Positions 55,587-63,699 of a stretch of DNA of 64,000 nucleotides are shown piece by piece. The first letter of the stretch is position 1. Every line of letters starts with the position of its first letter. The DNA is taken from IMG/VR virus record IMGVR_UViG_3300048033_001554, positions 20,354-84,353 of that record. The stretch is one strand, 5' to 3'. Made by a program: the position numbers and the translations under genes. Origin of the DNA: a virus. The notes beneath the pieces are model-generated. The model worked only from the letters and a program-made list of their open reading frames with translations, was not told the DNA's origin and did not search any database.

Positions 55587-57554
55587 TTATGCTCCGCCTT
55601 CGTATTGATTTCTATAATAACCAGTTGCGAGTATTCCTGGTATTGTTTGATCTACGCCATAAGAAAAGCCACCAATCATCACGGTAGTACTGCCACGCGT
55701 ATATGTATATCCATCTAATCCTGTGATCTCGGTTACGGTATCTCTAGTAGCGTAACCGTCCTGCTCATACACCTTAGCGCCGTCCCACCAAACAGTGTAT
55801 CTCCAGTTATTAGTTGCAACTTCTGTTGTTGTCCAATCAGTTCGGTTTGGAGGATAATCTTGCCAAACTCCCGCTGTGAAGATGTCTGATCCAGTTGGAC
55901 TAGCAGATATTTCAATCTTGTAGGTCAGATCCCGATATCCATAACTGGCTGTTGGGCTATTATCCTGGAATCTAAAGGTTCTACCACTTGCAAGCGAAAT
56001 CCACGTGTTTAATGATTGCCCTGTCTGCGAAGCACTTCCTTGGGTGCCATCGTTATCAACGGTAGCACGAATATAATAAGTTGTGCTTGGAGTTGAAGTG
56101 TTAACCCAATCTACGTGACCGGCGGCGCTAAGCTGAAGAGTTCTGTCTATGTCGTAATCTTCAACCGTACCGTTGGAACTAAATCTCCAACCTAGCTCAA
56201 CAGACCCATCTGATATTGGTATAGAAGTACTAAACTCCGGCGTACCTGAAATGCCTTCAAGTGATACAAGCTCAAATCCAATATCATTGACTGTTACATT
56301 CAAAGTTTGACCTGCGCAAGTGAAGGTAATTGTTTCGTTTTCTACTCCGTCATTTGCTACTAATGTAATTTGTGTAGTTCCAGATCCACCGCTGCCAATA
56401 GTTACAGATCCAGTTAAACTTCCTGATGAAATATCAGCGGCTGTTATGCCAGTAATAGCGTAATTAAATGTCGTACCAACTAGAACATTTGTCGTATTCA
56501 ACCCAAATGTAATGCTTTGACCTTCATCTTGAGATCCTGATGGTGTTGCAACAGCTTGATAAGTAGAACTAGTACCACCTATTTCAAGTCTTAGTTGTTT
56601 TGATGTTCCAGCAATAGTTGCTTCTGTACCGGTTGGAAATTCCTGTGTACGATAATCGTTAGCATTAACATATCTTGTAGTATATCCAGTGCCAGTAGGA
56701 GTTCTTCTTGAATCTGTAAATAGAGATCCTCTGTTAGAACCAGCGCCATTAATATTATAATTAAGACTATATTCAGAGTTTGTCATGTAATATTGCAAGA
56801 AAGGGCCAAGCAACGCAGCCCAAGATGCTGTAGTATGCATTCTAATTTGCTCTGTACCTGCATCAAAATATAAGGGCAATACAAGCTCTATAGGGTCGTA
56901 ATCTGTTAGTGGATATTCTACTTTTGCAATATAGTAATTAATATCAGTTGTTTGTTTAGTAGCTTCTGGAATTCCGCCTGAAGTATATGCTGCTAAGTTA
57001 GCAACACTGTTTACCGCCGCAGGTGTTGGTAAAATAGTACCTCCAGTCGGAGCAGCTGACGTAGTCATAAAATACGTTCCGCCATTAACCAAAGCTGTAC
57101 CATTAGACGCAATCAATGGAATAACAGGTGTAACAAAAGTATCAACAAAATCTTGGCGAGTCATAGCTCTCAGATCACCGGTGTTAGTTAAGTACAGCGG
57201 AAATTGTAAATTGTTAGCATCACCGGTTGGTTCTGTTCCACCGTTTTGAATTTGTCTGATGCGGCTATAAGTGTCAGTCACCATTGAGATGTTTGGTGTT
57301 TCTGCTTCTGTAGAAAATCTATCTACCCGAGTAGTATACGCGCCAGCAACGTAGTATGTATCAGTAAAATTTTGGTTTGATAATAATGTTCCAGATGTTC
57401 CAGTCGTTACTAGTTCTACCGATGGATATTGAGAATGTACCCAACCAGCAAACGTATTCATATCAGTCATAAAAGCATCAGTGTACTCAAATATGTCTTC
57501 TGATTGGTCAAAAACAACAGCTCTACCAATGTATACGGGTCTTCTTACCGCCAT
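55587..57554 (-). CDS. Putative virion fibre/appendage protein
   Basis: MAVRRPVY; Thr/Gly-rich; YRTQEFPTG; Calx-beta/Ig-like segment EGQSITF..NYAITGITAADIS. Confidence 0.6.
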   Translation of the reverse strand: MAVRRPVYIGRAVVFDQSEDIFEYTDAFMTDMNTFAGWVHSQYPSVELVTTGTSGTLLSNQNFTDTYYVAGAYTTRVDRFSTEAETPNISMVTDTYSRIRQIQNGGTEPTGDANNLQFPLYLTNTGDLRAMTRQDFVDTFVTPVIPLIASNGTALVNGGTYFMTTSAAPTGGTILPTPAAVNSVANLAAYTSGGIPEATKQTTDINYYIAKVEYPLTDYDPIELVLPLYFDAGTEQIRMHTTASWAALLGPFLQYYMTNSEYSLNYNINGAGSNRGSLFTDSRRTPTGTGYTTRYVNANDYRTQEFPTGTEATIAGTSKQLRLEIGGTSSTYQAVATPSGSQDEGQSITFGLNTTNVLVGTTFNYAITGITAADISSGSLTGSVTIGSGGSGTTQITLVANDGVENETITFTCAGQTLNVTVNDIGFELVSLEGISGTPEFSTSIPISDGSVELGWRFSSNGTVEDYDIDRTLQLSAAGHVDWVNTSTPSTTYYIRATVDNDGTQGSASQTGQSLNTWISLASGRTFRFQDNSPTASYGYRDLTYKIEISASPTGSDIFTAGVWQDYPPNRTDWTTTEVATNNWRYTVWWDGAKVYEQDGYATRDTVTEITGLDGYTYTRGSTTVMIGGFSYGVDQTIPGILATGYYRNQYEGGA

Positions 57555-57580
57555 GATTTGCTACCTCACTTTCAGTTAAA

Positions 57581-57766
57581 TTACCCGCCGTTTGCGCAAT
57601 ACAATGTCTTGACTGCTACACCGGCTGAATCGTAAATAGTGAGAGTAAAATTTTGTGTTACAATCGCGTTGTTGATTGTGTTAGCAGTTACTTGGTCGGT
57701 GTTAGTAATTTGCTGAAGAACATATGCATCGGTAATGACTTCATTACCTGAGAGTTTAATTGCCAT
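57581..57766 (-). CDS. Small putative virion protein
   Basis: MAIKLSGNEVITD..LTIYDSAG.AVKTLY; AGGAGG SD. Confidence 0.6.
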   Translation of the reverse strand: MAIKLSGNEVITDAYVLQQITNTDQVTANTINNAIVTQNFTLTIYDSAGVAVKTLYCANGG

Positions 57767-57813
57767 CTTCGTCTCCTCCTGAAAATTTGACTATTAGCAT
57801 TGTTGATATATTC

Positions 57814-57825
57814 TATTTATAAATA
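57814..57825. promoter_or_regulatory. Palindromic bidirectional late promoter
   Basis: TATTTATAAATA gives TATAAATA on both strands, between divergent genes. Confidence 0.75.
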
Positions 57826-57880
57826 TTAATATTGAGTTCTTTGTCATGTATGAAATTAAATTATACCGTAGGAGATAATT

Positions 57881-58216
57881 ATGACGGCAAAGAAAACAAT
57901 CGACGCAGATGCTGTAGCAGGCATGGATGCTGACGGTGATGGCCACATTACAAAGGCAGAAATGGATATGGCTCTTGAGTTTAAACGTAAAGCTTTAGAA
58001 GACCAAGATGCACAACGCGATGCTATGCGTCGTATGACATGGTTTGCTTTATTTGGCATGCTATTGTATCCATTTGCTATTGTTCTTACTGCGTTCTTAG
58101 GATTAGAATCTGCGGCTACTATTGTAGGTGACATTGCTCCAACATATTTTGTTGCAATCTCAGCCTTAGTTGCTGCATTCTTTGGTGCTGACGCATTCAA
58201 AAACAAAGGTAGTTAA
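57881..58216 (+). CDS. Membrane protein with N-terminal EF-hand-like loop (holin-like)
   Basis: DADGDGHITKAE; two hydrophobic segments; basic C-terminus. Confidence 0.6.
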   Translation: MTAKKTIDADAVAGMDADGDGHITKAEMDMALEFKRKALEDQDAQRDAMRRMTWFALFGMLLYPFAIVLTAFLGLESAATIVGDIAPTYFVAISALVAAFFGADAFKNKGS

Positions 58217-58221
58217 ACGAC

Positions 58222-58250
58222 AAAAAGGGAGAGCAAAAACTCTCCCTTTC
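58222..58250. terminator. Bidirectional rho-independent terminator
   Basis: AAAGGGAGAG-CAAAAA-CTCTCCCTTT. Confidence 0.8.
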
Positions 58251-58257
58251 CATATAG

Positions 58258-58341
58258 TGGTAGCATTTATGTCAGCATACAACCTCAATCACCCGAAAGC
58301 GGAAAACTTAATTTCCCATTGAGAGCATCACTAGCTACCAT
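58258..58341 (-). ncRNA. Candidate structured RNA between tRNA-Asn and the terminator
   Basis: Closing stem UGGUAGC/GCUACCA, inner CUCAAU/AUUGAG and two small hairpins with G-U pairs. Confidence 0.35.
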
Positions 58342-58356
58342 GACCCGATTGCAAAA

Positions 58357-58432
58357 TGGCTCCTCGTGCTGGGCTCGAACCAGCGACAACCTGATTAACA
58401 GTCAGATGCTCTACCAACTGAGCTAACGAGGA
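58357..58432 (-). tRNA. tRNA-Asn(GTT)
   Basis: 76-nt cloverleaf: acceptor TCCTCGT/ACGAGGA, anticodon loop CTGTTAA, T-loop TTCGAGC, encoded CCA. Confidence 0.96.
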
Positions 58433-58449
58433 ATAAACTCTACTTATAT

Positions 58450-58728
58450 TTAGAATTGAAACTCAACTGCTTGTTTAGCATCTGAATCCCAACGAGAAAA
58501 ACTAGCTGTATCAGGATCTCCCCACTGAAAGTCAACAGCAACATCAACGACGCGCTCATAGTAATCACGGTCAACACCAACCCACGCAACTACTATATCA
58601 TCAACACCGGCAAATGTATCGGCTGGCTCATTACGCATAGCTTCAAACGCTTTTTCAACACTTGAGAACATAGATGTCCAAACAGTACCTTCGTAATCGC
58701 GCTGTGCAGAAACTTGAACTACTTTCAT
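58450..58728 (-). CDS. Hypothetical protein
   Basis: 92 aa; GGAG SD. Confidence 0.65.
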   Translation of the reverse strand: MKVVQVSAQRDYEGTVWTSMFSSVEKAFEAMRNEPADTFAGVDDIVVAWVGVDRDYYERVVDVAVDFQWGDPDTASFSRWDSDAKQAVEFQF

Positions 58729-58919
58729 TTGACTCTCCGTGTGTAATGTGTTGCCCAGCTACTTTTTCTAACGTGGCCCAGGCTACCACAAGCAATATAT
58801 CTCTTTACGTCGTTTTCCATACTTCAGCATGGGGGAGTCGACAACCACTCAATATGCTCCGCTTTATAAGGATTGAGTTCTTACCGCCTGATCGGGTTTT
58901 CCTCAATCCTTATATTAGT

Positions 58920-58947
58920 AATATATACCTTTCTAAGAGAATGTCAA
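58920..58947 (-). promoter_or_regulatory. Sigma70-like early promoter
   Basis: GTTGACATTC..TATATT with a 16-nt spacer. Confidence 0.6.
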
Positions 58948-59126
58948 CCGTTAAATTGATGTTTTTCAAAAAGAATATCTAAGATTTCATCAATTGTTTC
59001 TCTGTCTGTTGCAAGTATCGGATGATCTTTTAGAAGGATTTCCTTGATAGCCCAAATTTGATCATAACGGTCAGCTGACTTTTGAAGAGTTTGAGCTACT
59101 TGGAAAGCGATTTGTGTATGAATCAT
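58944..59126 (-). CDS. Hypothetical early protein
   Basis: Start moved to ATG 59126 behind AAGGAGGT. Confidence 0.65.
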   Translation of the reverse strand: MIHTQIAFQVAQTLQKSADRYDQIWAIKEILLKDHPILATDRETIDEILDILFEKHQFNG

Positions 59127-59150
59127 TTGGTACCTCCTTTTGATATATCT

Positions 59151-59179
59151 AATATAGTACATCTAAGAAGGAATGTCAA
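59151..59179 (-). promoter_or_regulatory. Sigma70-like early promoter
   Basis: TTGACA-17 nt-TATATT. Confidence 0.7.
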
Positions 59180-59187
59180 CGGTTAAT

Positions 59188-59442
59188 TTAGTAAATTCCG
59201 TAAATAAATTCTTCGGAAATTAGGATGGCTTTTTCACCTTCAACTGTAACTGGCATTCCTTTACCCCAGTCTAATGCTACTTTGTCTAATGATTTGATGC
59301 TTGTTACATCAGGTCCGACTACTAAAACTAATGCTGGTTTTGATCCAGTTTCAATGTCGGTTTGTAGGATAATACCACCGGCTGTGGTTTTTGATTGCTC
59401 GCCTGCGTCTACTGCTAAAACAAAGTTTTTTAAAGGCTTCAT
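59188..59442 (-). CDS. groES: Co-chaperonin GroES-like
   Basis: MKPLKNFVL; KTTAGGIIL; VLVVGPDV; LISEEFIYG. Confidence 0.85.
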   Translation of the reverse strand: MKPLKNFVLAVDAGEQSKTTAGGIILQTDIETGSKPALVLVVGPDVTSIKSLDKVALDWGKGMPVTVEGEKAILISEEFIYGIY

Positions 59443-59465
59443 AAGTCTCCATGATATAGTTAAGT

Positions 59466-59655
59466 AATTAGGCCCGCCCTATGCCACGGAAGTACGGTCC
59501 GCTAGCATTTAGATTTCTTCCTACACCGACGGGCAATGTAGGGATATGCCATCACCTAGGTTACGAATATTGCAATTGATGGCCTAAACTGCATTATCCG
59601 CTCTGAGATAGATTGCGATCGCCAATTAGTTGCGATGCTTATGGCCTCAGAGAAT
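59466..59655 (-). ncRNA. Candidate pseudoknotted RNA upstream of groES
   Basis: GC-rich intergenic stretch without a long ORF; five stems and a 7-bp loop-to-3' pairing. Confidence 0.45.
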
Positions 59656-59672
59656 TCTTACTATTTTATTTA

Positions 59673-59948
59673 TTAATCTGCAAACAGGTCTTCTTCGACA
59701 TCCAAATCATGGATTATTAGTCTAGGATCCCCCTGCAAATCAAAATCAACAAACGCATGGTTTACAACATAAGATCCTGCTTGACTTGAATCATACATTA
59801 CTTCATACTGGTATTCATGCGAAGCATTTTTTCCAATATATCGTGCTTCATCTACAATGATATCAGATCCTGCCTCGTCGATCAACCAATTGACCTGTTC
59901 AACAGATAGTTCTTGTAGATTTGTATTTGCATTCACTAAGTTTGTCAT
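59673..59948 (-). CDS. Hypothetical acidic protein
   Basis: 91 aa behind its own promoter. Confidence 0.65.
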   Translation of the reverse strand: MTNLVNANTNLQELSVEQVNWLIDEAGSDIIVDEARYIGKNASHEYQYEVMYDSSQAGSYVVNHAFVDFDLQGDPRLIIHDLDVEEDLFAD

Positions 59949-59972
59949 GCTTTTTCCCTAATTGATATATCT

Positions 59973-60001
59973 AATATAATATACTATTTATCATTTGTCA
60001 A
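59973..60001 (-). promoter_or_regulatory. Sigma70-like early promoter
   Basis: TTGACA-17 nt-TATATT. Confidence 0.65.
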
Positions 60002-60014
60002 CTGTTTATTGCAA

Positions 60015-61145
60015 TTAATCTTCTCTTTTTCCATAGCCATAATCAATTACAACTGGGAAACGTGGAATACCGTCAGGTGTTAACTCAAAGTAACGTAGAG
60101 TTGCCCACTCAGGCTGTTTACCAGATTCTAATAGTGCTTTCATTTGATCTTGAGTACCACGAACACCAGCATCGAATGTTGTACCTTTTGTATCAACCAA
60201 GTGGAATCTTTTGATACATCCACTCCAGTTACCCTGTCCTTCTGATATACCAGTAACTTTGTATTCTTCTGTAATAAACTCTTTTCGTTTCAAAAGAAAC
60301 TTAGATCGTTTATTTTGCTGATATGGTTCGTTTTGTCGGACCATTTGGCCTTCATATCCTGACCCAATGTATTGAGCATAAAAATCGTCTAATTGCCCTT
60401 GGGTTTTAGCTTCATCAGTTTTAACGAGCTTAATAGAATCTCCAAAATTAGAATCGACGTTTAGATCAAACCATCGATCTATAAAATTAGATGCTGAACT
60501 AATCAAATCGTAAACGTGATATTGAACTAGCTCTTTTGCTTCTTCAATATCTTCTGGTTTTGGCTTAGTTTTACGAACCAAAGAAGTAATCTTATTGAAA
60601 TCGTCTTTAAGATCGTGGTTATATAATTCGCCATCAAGAATATCATTAGGATTATCCTCAAAGAACTTCTTAAGGTCCTTTACTACATGTGGAACTGAAA
60701 CCAATTCTTTTCCAGCACGAGTCCATAATCCATCGGCACGAGCAATGCATCGAATGCCATCTAATTTTGGCTGCGTAATATAAGTTTTAGTAGTAAAGTC
60801 TAAAGCAACATCTTCGTATTTAGCAGCAAGCATTGGTTTAATTTTTGTATACTTATCTACATCATTAATATCTTCAAAATAACCTTTATCTTTTTGCTTG
60901 GTTATTTGAGCCTCGGCTTCTGCGATTGCTTGGGATGTTACGGTAGTAGCATTTGCTTTACCAACATTTTTAGCGGTTACTGTTTTCCATTCTGAAGTTA
61001 CAAGTTTCATATCTTTAAGACCGGCTATAACTCGCCAAGCTCCAAGATTGTTGCCAAATCCTACTTCAACAGACCATTCTCGGATTTTACCTTTACTGTC
61101 TCTTTTATATAGAGTTCCAAGACTTTTTACTTCAGTTATCATCAT
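60015..61145 (-). CDS. gp30: ATP-dependent DNA ligase
   Basis: PMLA; QPKLDGIR; LDGELY; YHVYD; YEGQMVR; LLKRK; GIPRFP. Confidence 0.93.
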   Translation of the reverse strand: MMITEVKSLGTLYKRDSKGKIREWSVEVGFGNNLGAWRVIAGLKDMKLVTSEWKTVTAKNVGKANATTVTSQAIAEAEAQITKQKDKGYFEDINDVDKYTKIKPMLAAKYEDVALDFTTKTYITQPKLDGIRCIARADGLWTRAGKELVSVPHVVKDLKKFFEDNPNDILDGELYNHDLKDDFNKITSLVRKTKPKPEDIEEAKELVQYHVYDLISSASNFIDRWFDLNVDSNFGDSIKLVKTDEAKTQGQLDDFYAQYIGSGYEGQMVRQNEPYQQNKRSKFLLKRKEFITEEYKVTGISEGQGNWSGCIKRFHLVDTKGTTFDAGVRGTQDQMKALLESGKQPEWATLRYFELTPDGIPRFPVVIDYGYGKRED

Positions 61146-61576
61146 CTAATCCTATTAAAATTGACATTTAAATCTTTGAAACATTCTAAGGCTAACTTCT
61201 CTTCTAGCTTAAAAGCTTCTTTTTCCCACGGTTGATCCATGTAATCAGTATCAACATGGAGTTTGTTTTTCCAAGTATGTTCAATACCTCGATGAGCTAA
61301 CTCTTTGCGGTAATACTGTTTTACATGAACCATTTCGTGGCATATTGTGCTGATCAAATCATAAAGTTTCATACCTTTTTGTATTTCTATTTCAAAGGTC
61401 TTATGATTATCAGTACACAAAGCGTAACCATACGCGTTACATTTTGTTAACTTAAGTTCTATATCTAGAGTACGAACCCTAGGTAGTAGCTTTTTAATAC
61501 ACCAATGAACTGTTGCTTCAGCTATTTCTCTTTCCTTTGCAGGACCTCCAAATACTTCAACTTGATTCATAGACAT
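61142..61576 (-). CDS. HExxH zinc metallopeptidase-like protein
   Basis: TICHEMVHVKQY; YMDQPWEKEA. Confidence 0.75.
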   Translation of the reverse strand: MSMNQVEVFGGPAKEREIAEATVHWCIKKLLPRVRTLDIELKLTKCNAYGYALCTDNHKTFEIEIQKGMKLYDLISTICHEMVHVKQYYRKELAHRGIEHTWKNKLHVDTDYMDQPWEKEAFKLEEKLALECFKDLNVNFNRIR

Positions 61577-61595
61577 TTCTCCATTTTGTAAGTAT

Positions 61596-61625
61596 ATTAT
61601 AACATACTTTACGGAGAAATGTCAA
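61596..61625 (-). promoter_or_regulatory. Sigma70-like early promoter
   Basis: TTGACA-18 nt-TATAAT. Confidence 0.65.
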
Positions 61626-61670
61626 CTGTTATTTCATTTTAAATTGTTAACAAAATCAACTACTTAGAAA

Positions 61671-62150
61671 TTATTTTTTCTCATTTGCCTCAGCGATGAC
61701 CATTTTTTCATATTCTGCTTGGTCTACCACGCCTTCAGCAAGTAATCTTTGGCGATTTACCTCATGCTGAGCCTGAGTATCTTCTTTAGATCCACCGAAG
61801 TATGGTACGCAGTGGCCTTCTTCAATCATAATCTCAGTTACTAGACGGCCATTTGCTGCTCTGAAATCACCAAGGATACGGCCAAATTTGCCTTTCATGT
61901 CTTCGCCAGACTTATCTTCAGTGGTAATGAGTTTAGCATCTTTTTCTAGCAAAGAGTAAAGACGCTCTTTAGCGGCTAATCCAAATAGCTTTTCAACTCT
62001 ATCGGACGTACGAGATTCTGGAGTATCAATACCCATAATACGTACACGCTCGTCTTTCAAGCAGATACCGAAACCAAGATCAATATCTACATCTACTGTG
62101 TCGCCGTCGACTACTTTAACAACGGTTACGTCATATTCGTTTGTATTCAT
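61671..62150 (-). CDS. Thermonuclease (SNase-like)
   Basis: KVVDGDTVDV; RVRIMGIDTPES; GKFGRILG. Confidence 0.9.
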   Translation of the reverse strand: MNTNEYDVTVVKVVDGDTVDVDIDLGFGICLKDERVRIMGIDTPESRTSDRVEKLFGLAAKERLYSLLEKDAKLITTEDKSGEDMKGKFGRILGDFRAANGRLVTEIMIEEGHCVPYFGGSKEDTQAQHEVNRQRLLAEGVVDQAEYEKMVIAEANEKK

Positions 62151-62206
62151 TTTTATTATTATCCTTAACGAAATTGTTTATGTCACACTTATTGTGCTCG
62201 AGTAAT

Positions 62207-62241
62207 TATTTATAGTATTGAATGATGCTCAGTTATAAATA
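62207..62241. promoter_or_regulatory. Divergent late promoters
   Basis: TATAAATA (-) at 62207-62214 and (+) at 62234-62241. Confidence 0.7.
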
Positions 62242-62279
62242 CTAGGAATGAATTGCGTTATTTAATATTGGAGGATATA

Positions 62280-62855
62280 ATGAAATTACTAAGTGCGGTA
62301 TTTTTTGCAATGTTTACATTATTCATTGCTACGAGCGCGCAAGCTCAAGATGCTGCGTGTCCTGAAGGTTATGTGTGTACAAAATCTGGTACGGATAGTA
62401 ACATTACAACAAACGGCAATATGAATACTAACATCACTCAACCACCACCATCAGCTATTTCACCACAATTTAGTGCTGGATCAAACAACGATCTTTGTAC
62501 TATTGGTGTTGCTGGTGCGGTGCAGACACAAATTCTAGGTATTTCAGCCGGTGGTACATTTACTGAAGAAAACTGTATGCGTTTAAAAAATGCTAAAGTA
62601 ATGTATGACATGGGAATGAAAGTAGCTGCCGTATCTGTCATGTGCCAAGATCCAAAAGTCTTTGATGCAATGATGAATGCCGGAACACCTTGCCCATATG
62701 ATGGGCAAATTGGCGAAGCTGCGAAACTTGGCTGGGAAACACATGTACAAGAAACCGAAAAAGAACTTAAAGGTATGGGACCGTTATTTAAAGATGCTGA
62801 GAAAGCTGCTCCTGTTATTGGTGGTGGTATTTTGGCCCTCTTACTCTTACTCTGA
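62280..62855 (+). CDS. Secreted Cys-containing protein with C-terminal hydrophobic anchor
   Basis: Signal peptide MKLLSAVFFAMFTLFIATSAQA; PPPSAISP..DLC; ENCMRLK; AGTPCP; ends GGGILALLLLL. Confidence 0.75.
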   Translation: MKLLSAVFFAMFTLFIATSAQAQDAACPEGYVCTKSGTDSNITTNGNMNTNITQPPPSAISPQFSAGSNNDLCTIGVAGAVQTQILGISAGGTFTEENCMRLKNAKVMYDMGMKVAAVSVMCQDPKVFDAMMNAGTPCPYDGQIGEAAKLGWETHVQETEKELKGMGPLFKDAEKAAPVIGGGILALLLLL

Positions 62856-63690
62856 GAGTATAAAGCCATACTACGGATCCACCGGCAATGCGATTACAGA
62901 TCAATCGCTGCGTTGGTCTATGCCTAATGTTCTACCTAATCCAGCTGGGTTAGAAATTGATAATGTAATATACAGATATAGAATACAAAAACAAACTGAA
63001 GATCATGTAGATGTATTCGTTTATAATGAAAATGCTAATGGAACTGGTTATATTTTTAGAGAACATGACGAATGGCGATCAGGTTCTTTAAGTGGAACTG
63101 AAATTAATAAAGTAATTCCATTAGGAAGACTACATAGAGATTTATTTGGTGATGGTGGTATTGATGTGGAAGGTCCTGGATCAGTATATGATGCTAACGT
63201 AGTTTATACATATAGGGTGGATCCTTGTTATGATCCTCAATTCGATCCAAACTGTCCTGGTTATGTTATACCAGTACCTGATATACCCGTAGTAAATTTA
63301 GATGATTTATATGATGCTACAAAAGACGAAAATGTTGATTTAGATCGTAAAGTATCATTAGAGCAAGATGAAGAAAATCTTGACGAAAACGAAAAGAAAA
63401 AGAAAGAAAAAGAAGAAGAGCTTAAAAGGAAATATAGATTAGAAAAAGCGTTGTCTGCAACAGATGCTGCAGCCTTATTTGCTGAAAGTCAACGAATTCA
63501 ACAAATGAATGCAATCATGCAAACAGCAGTTACTAATCAATATCTTGGTGTGAATATTCCTGGAGGGGAATATAAAGAAAGTATAACCTTAGTTGATAAA
63601 GATTTACCTGATGCTAAGAATGGTTTACGCAATGGACTAGCGCAACAATTACTTCACCAACAAATGGTGAATTCACAATATAAACAATAG
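62794..63690 (+). CDS. Secreted protein
   Basis: Likely start MLRKLLLLLVVVFWPSYSYS (signal peptide); DPCYDPQFDPNCPGY; charged helical C-terminus. Confidence 0.7.
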   Translation: MLRKLLLLLVVVFWPSYSYSESIKPYYGSTGNAITDQSLRWSMPNVLPNPAGLEIDNVIYRYRIQKQTEDHVDVFVYNENANGTGYIFREHDEWRSGSLSGTEINKVIPLGRLHRDLFGDGGIDVEGPGSVYDANVVYTYRVDPCYDPQFDPNCPGYVIPVPDIPVVNLDDLYDATKDENVDLDRKVSLEQDEENLDENEKKKKEKEEELKRKYRLEKALSATDAAALFAESQRIQQMNAIMQTAVTNQYLGVNIPGGEYKESITLVDKDLPDAKNGLRNGLAQQLLHQQMVNSQYKQ

Positions 63691-63699
63691 GAGAACATT

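Noticed and set aside
57856-58206. 116-aa minus-strand ORF
   Set aside because: Antisense to the plus-strand membrane protein, which has the SD, promoter and terminator
27247-61145. Inteins, self-splicing introns, integrase or transposase
   Set aside because: Core genes (gp44, gp45, gp42, dCMP deaminase, ligase) are uninterrupted and of normal size, and no recombinase motifs were seen
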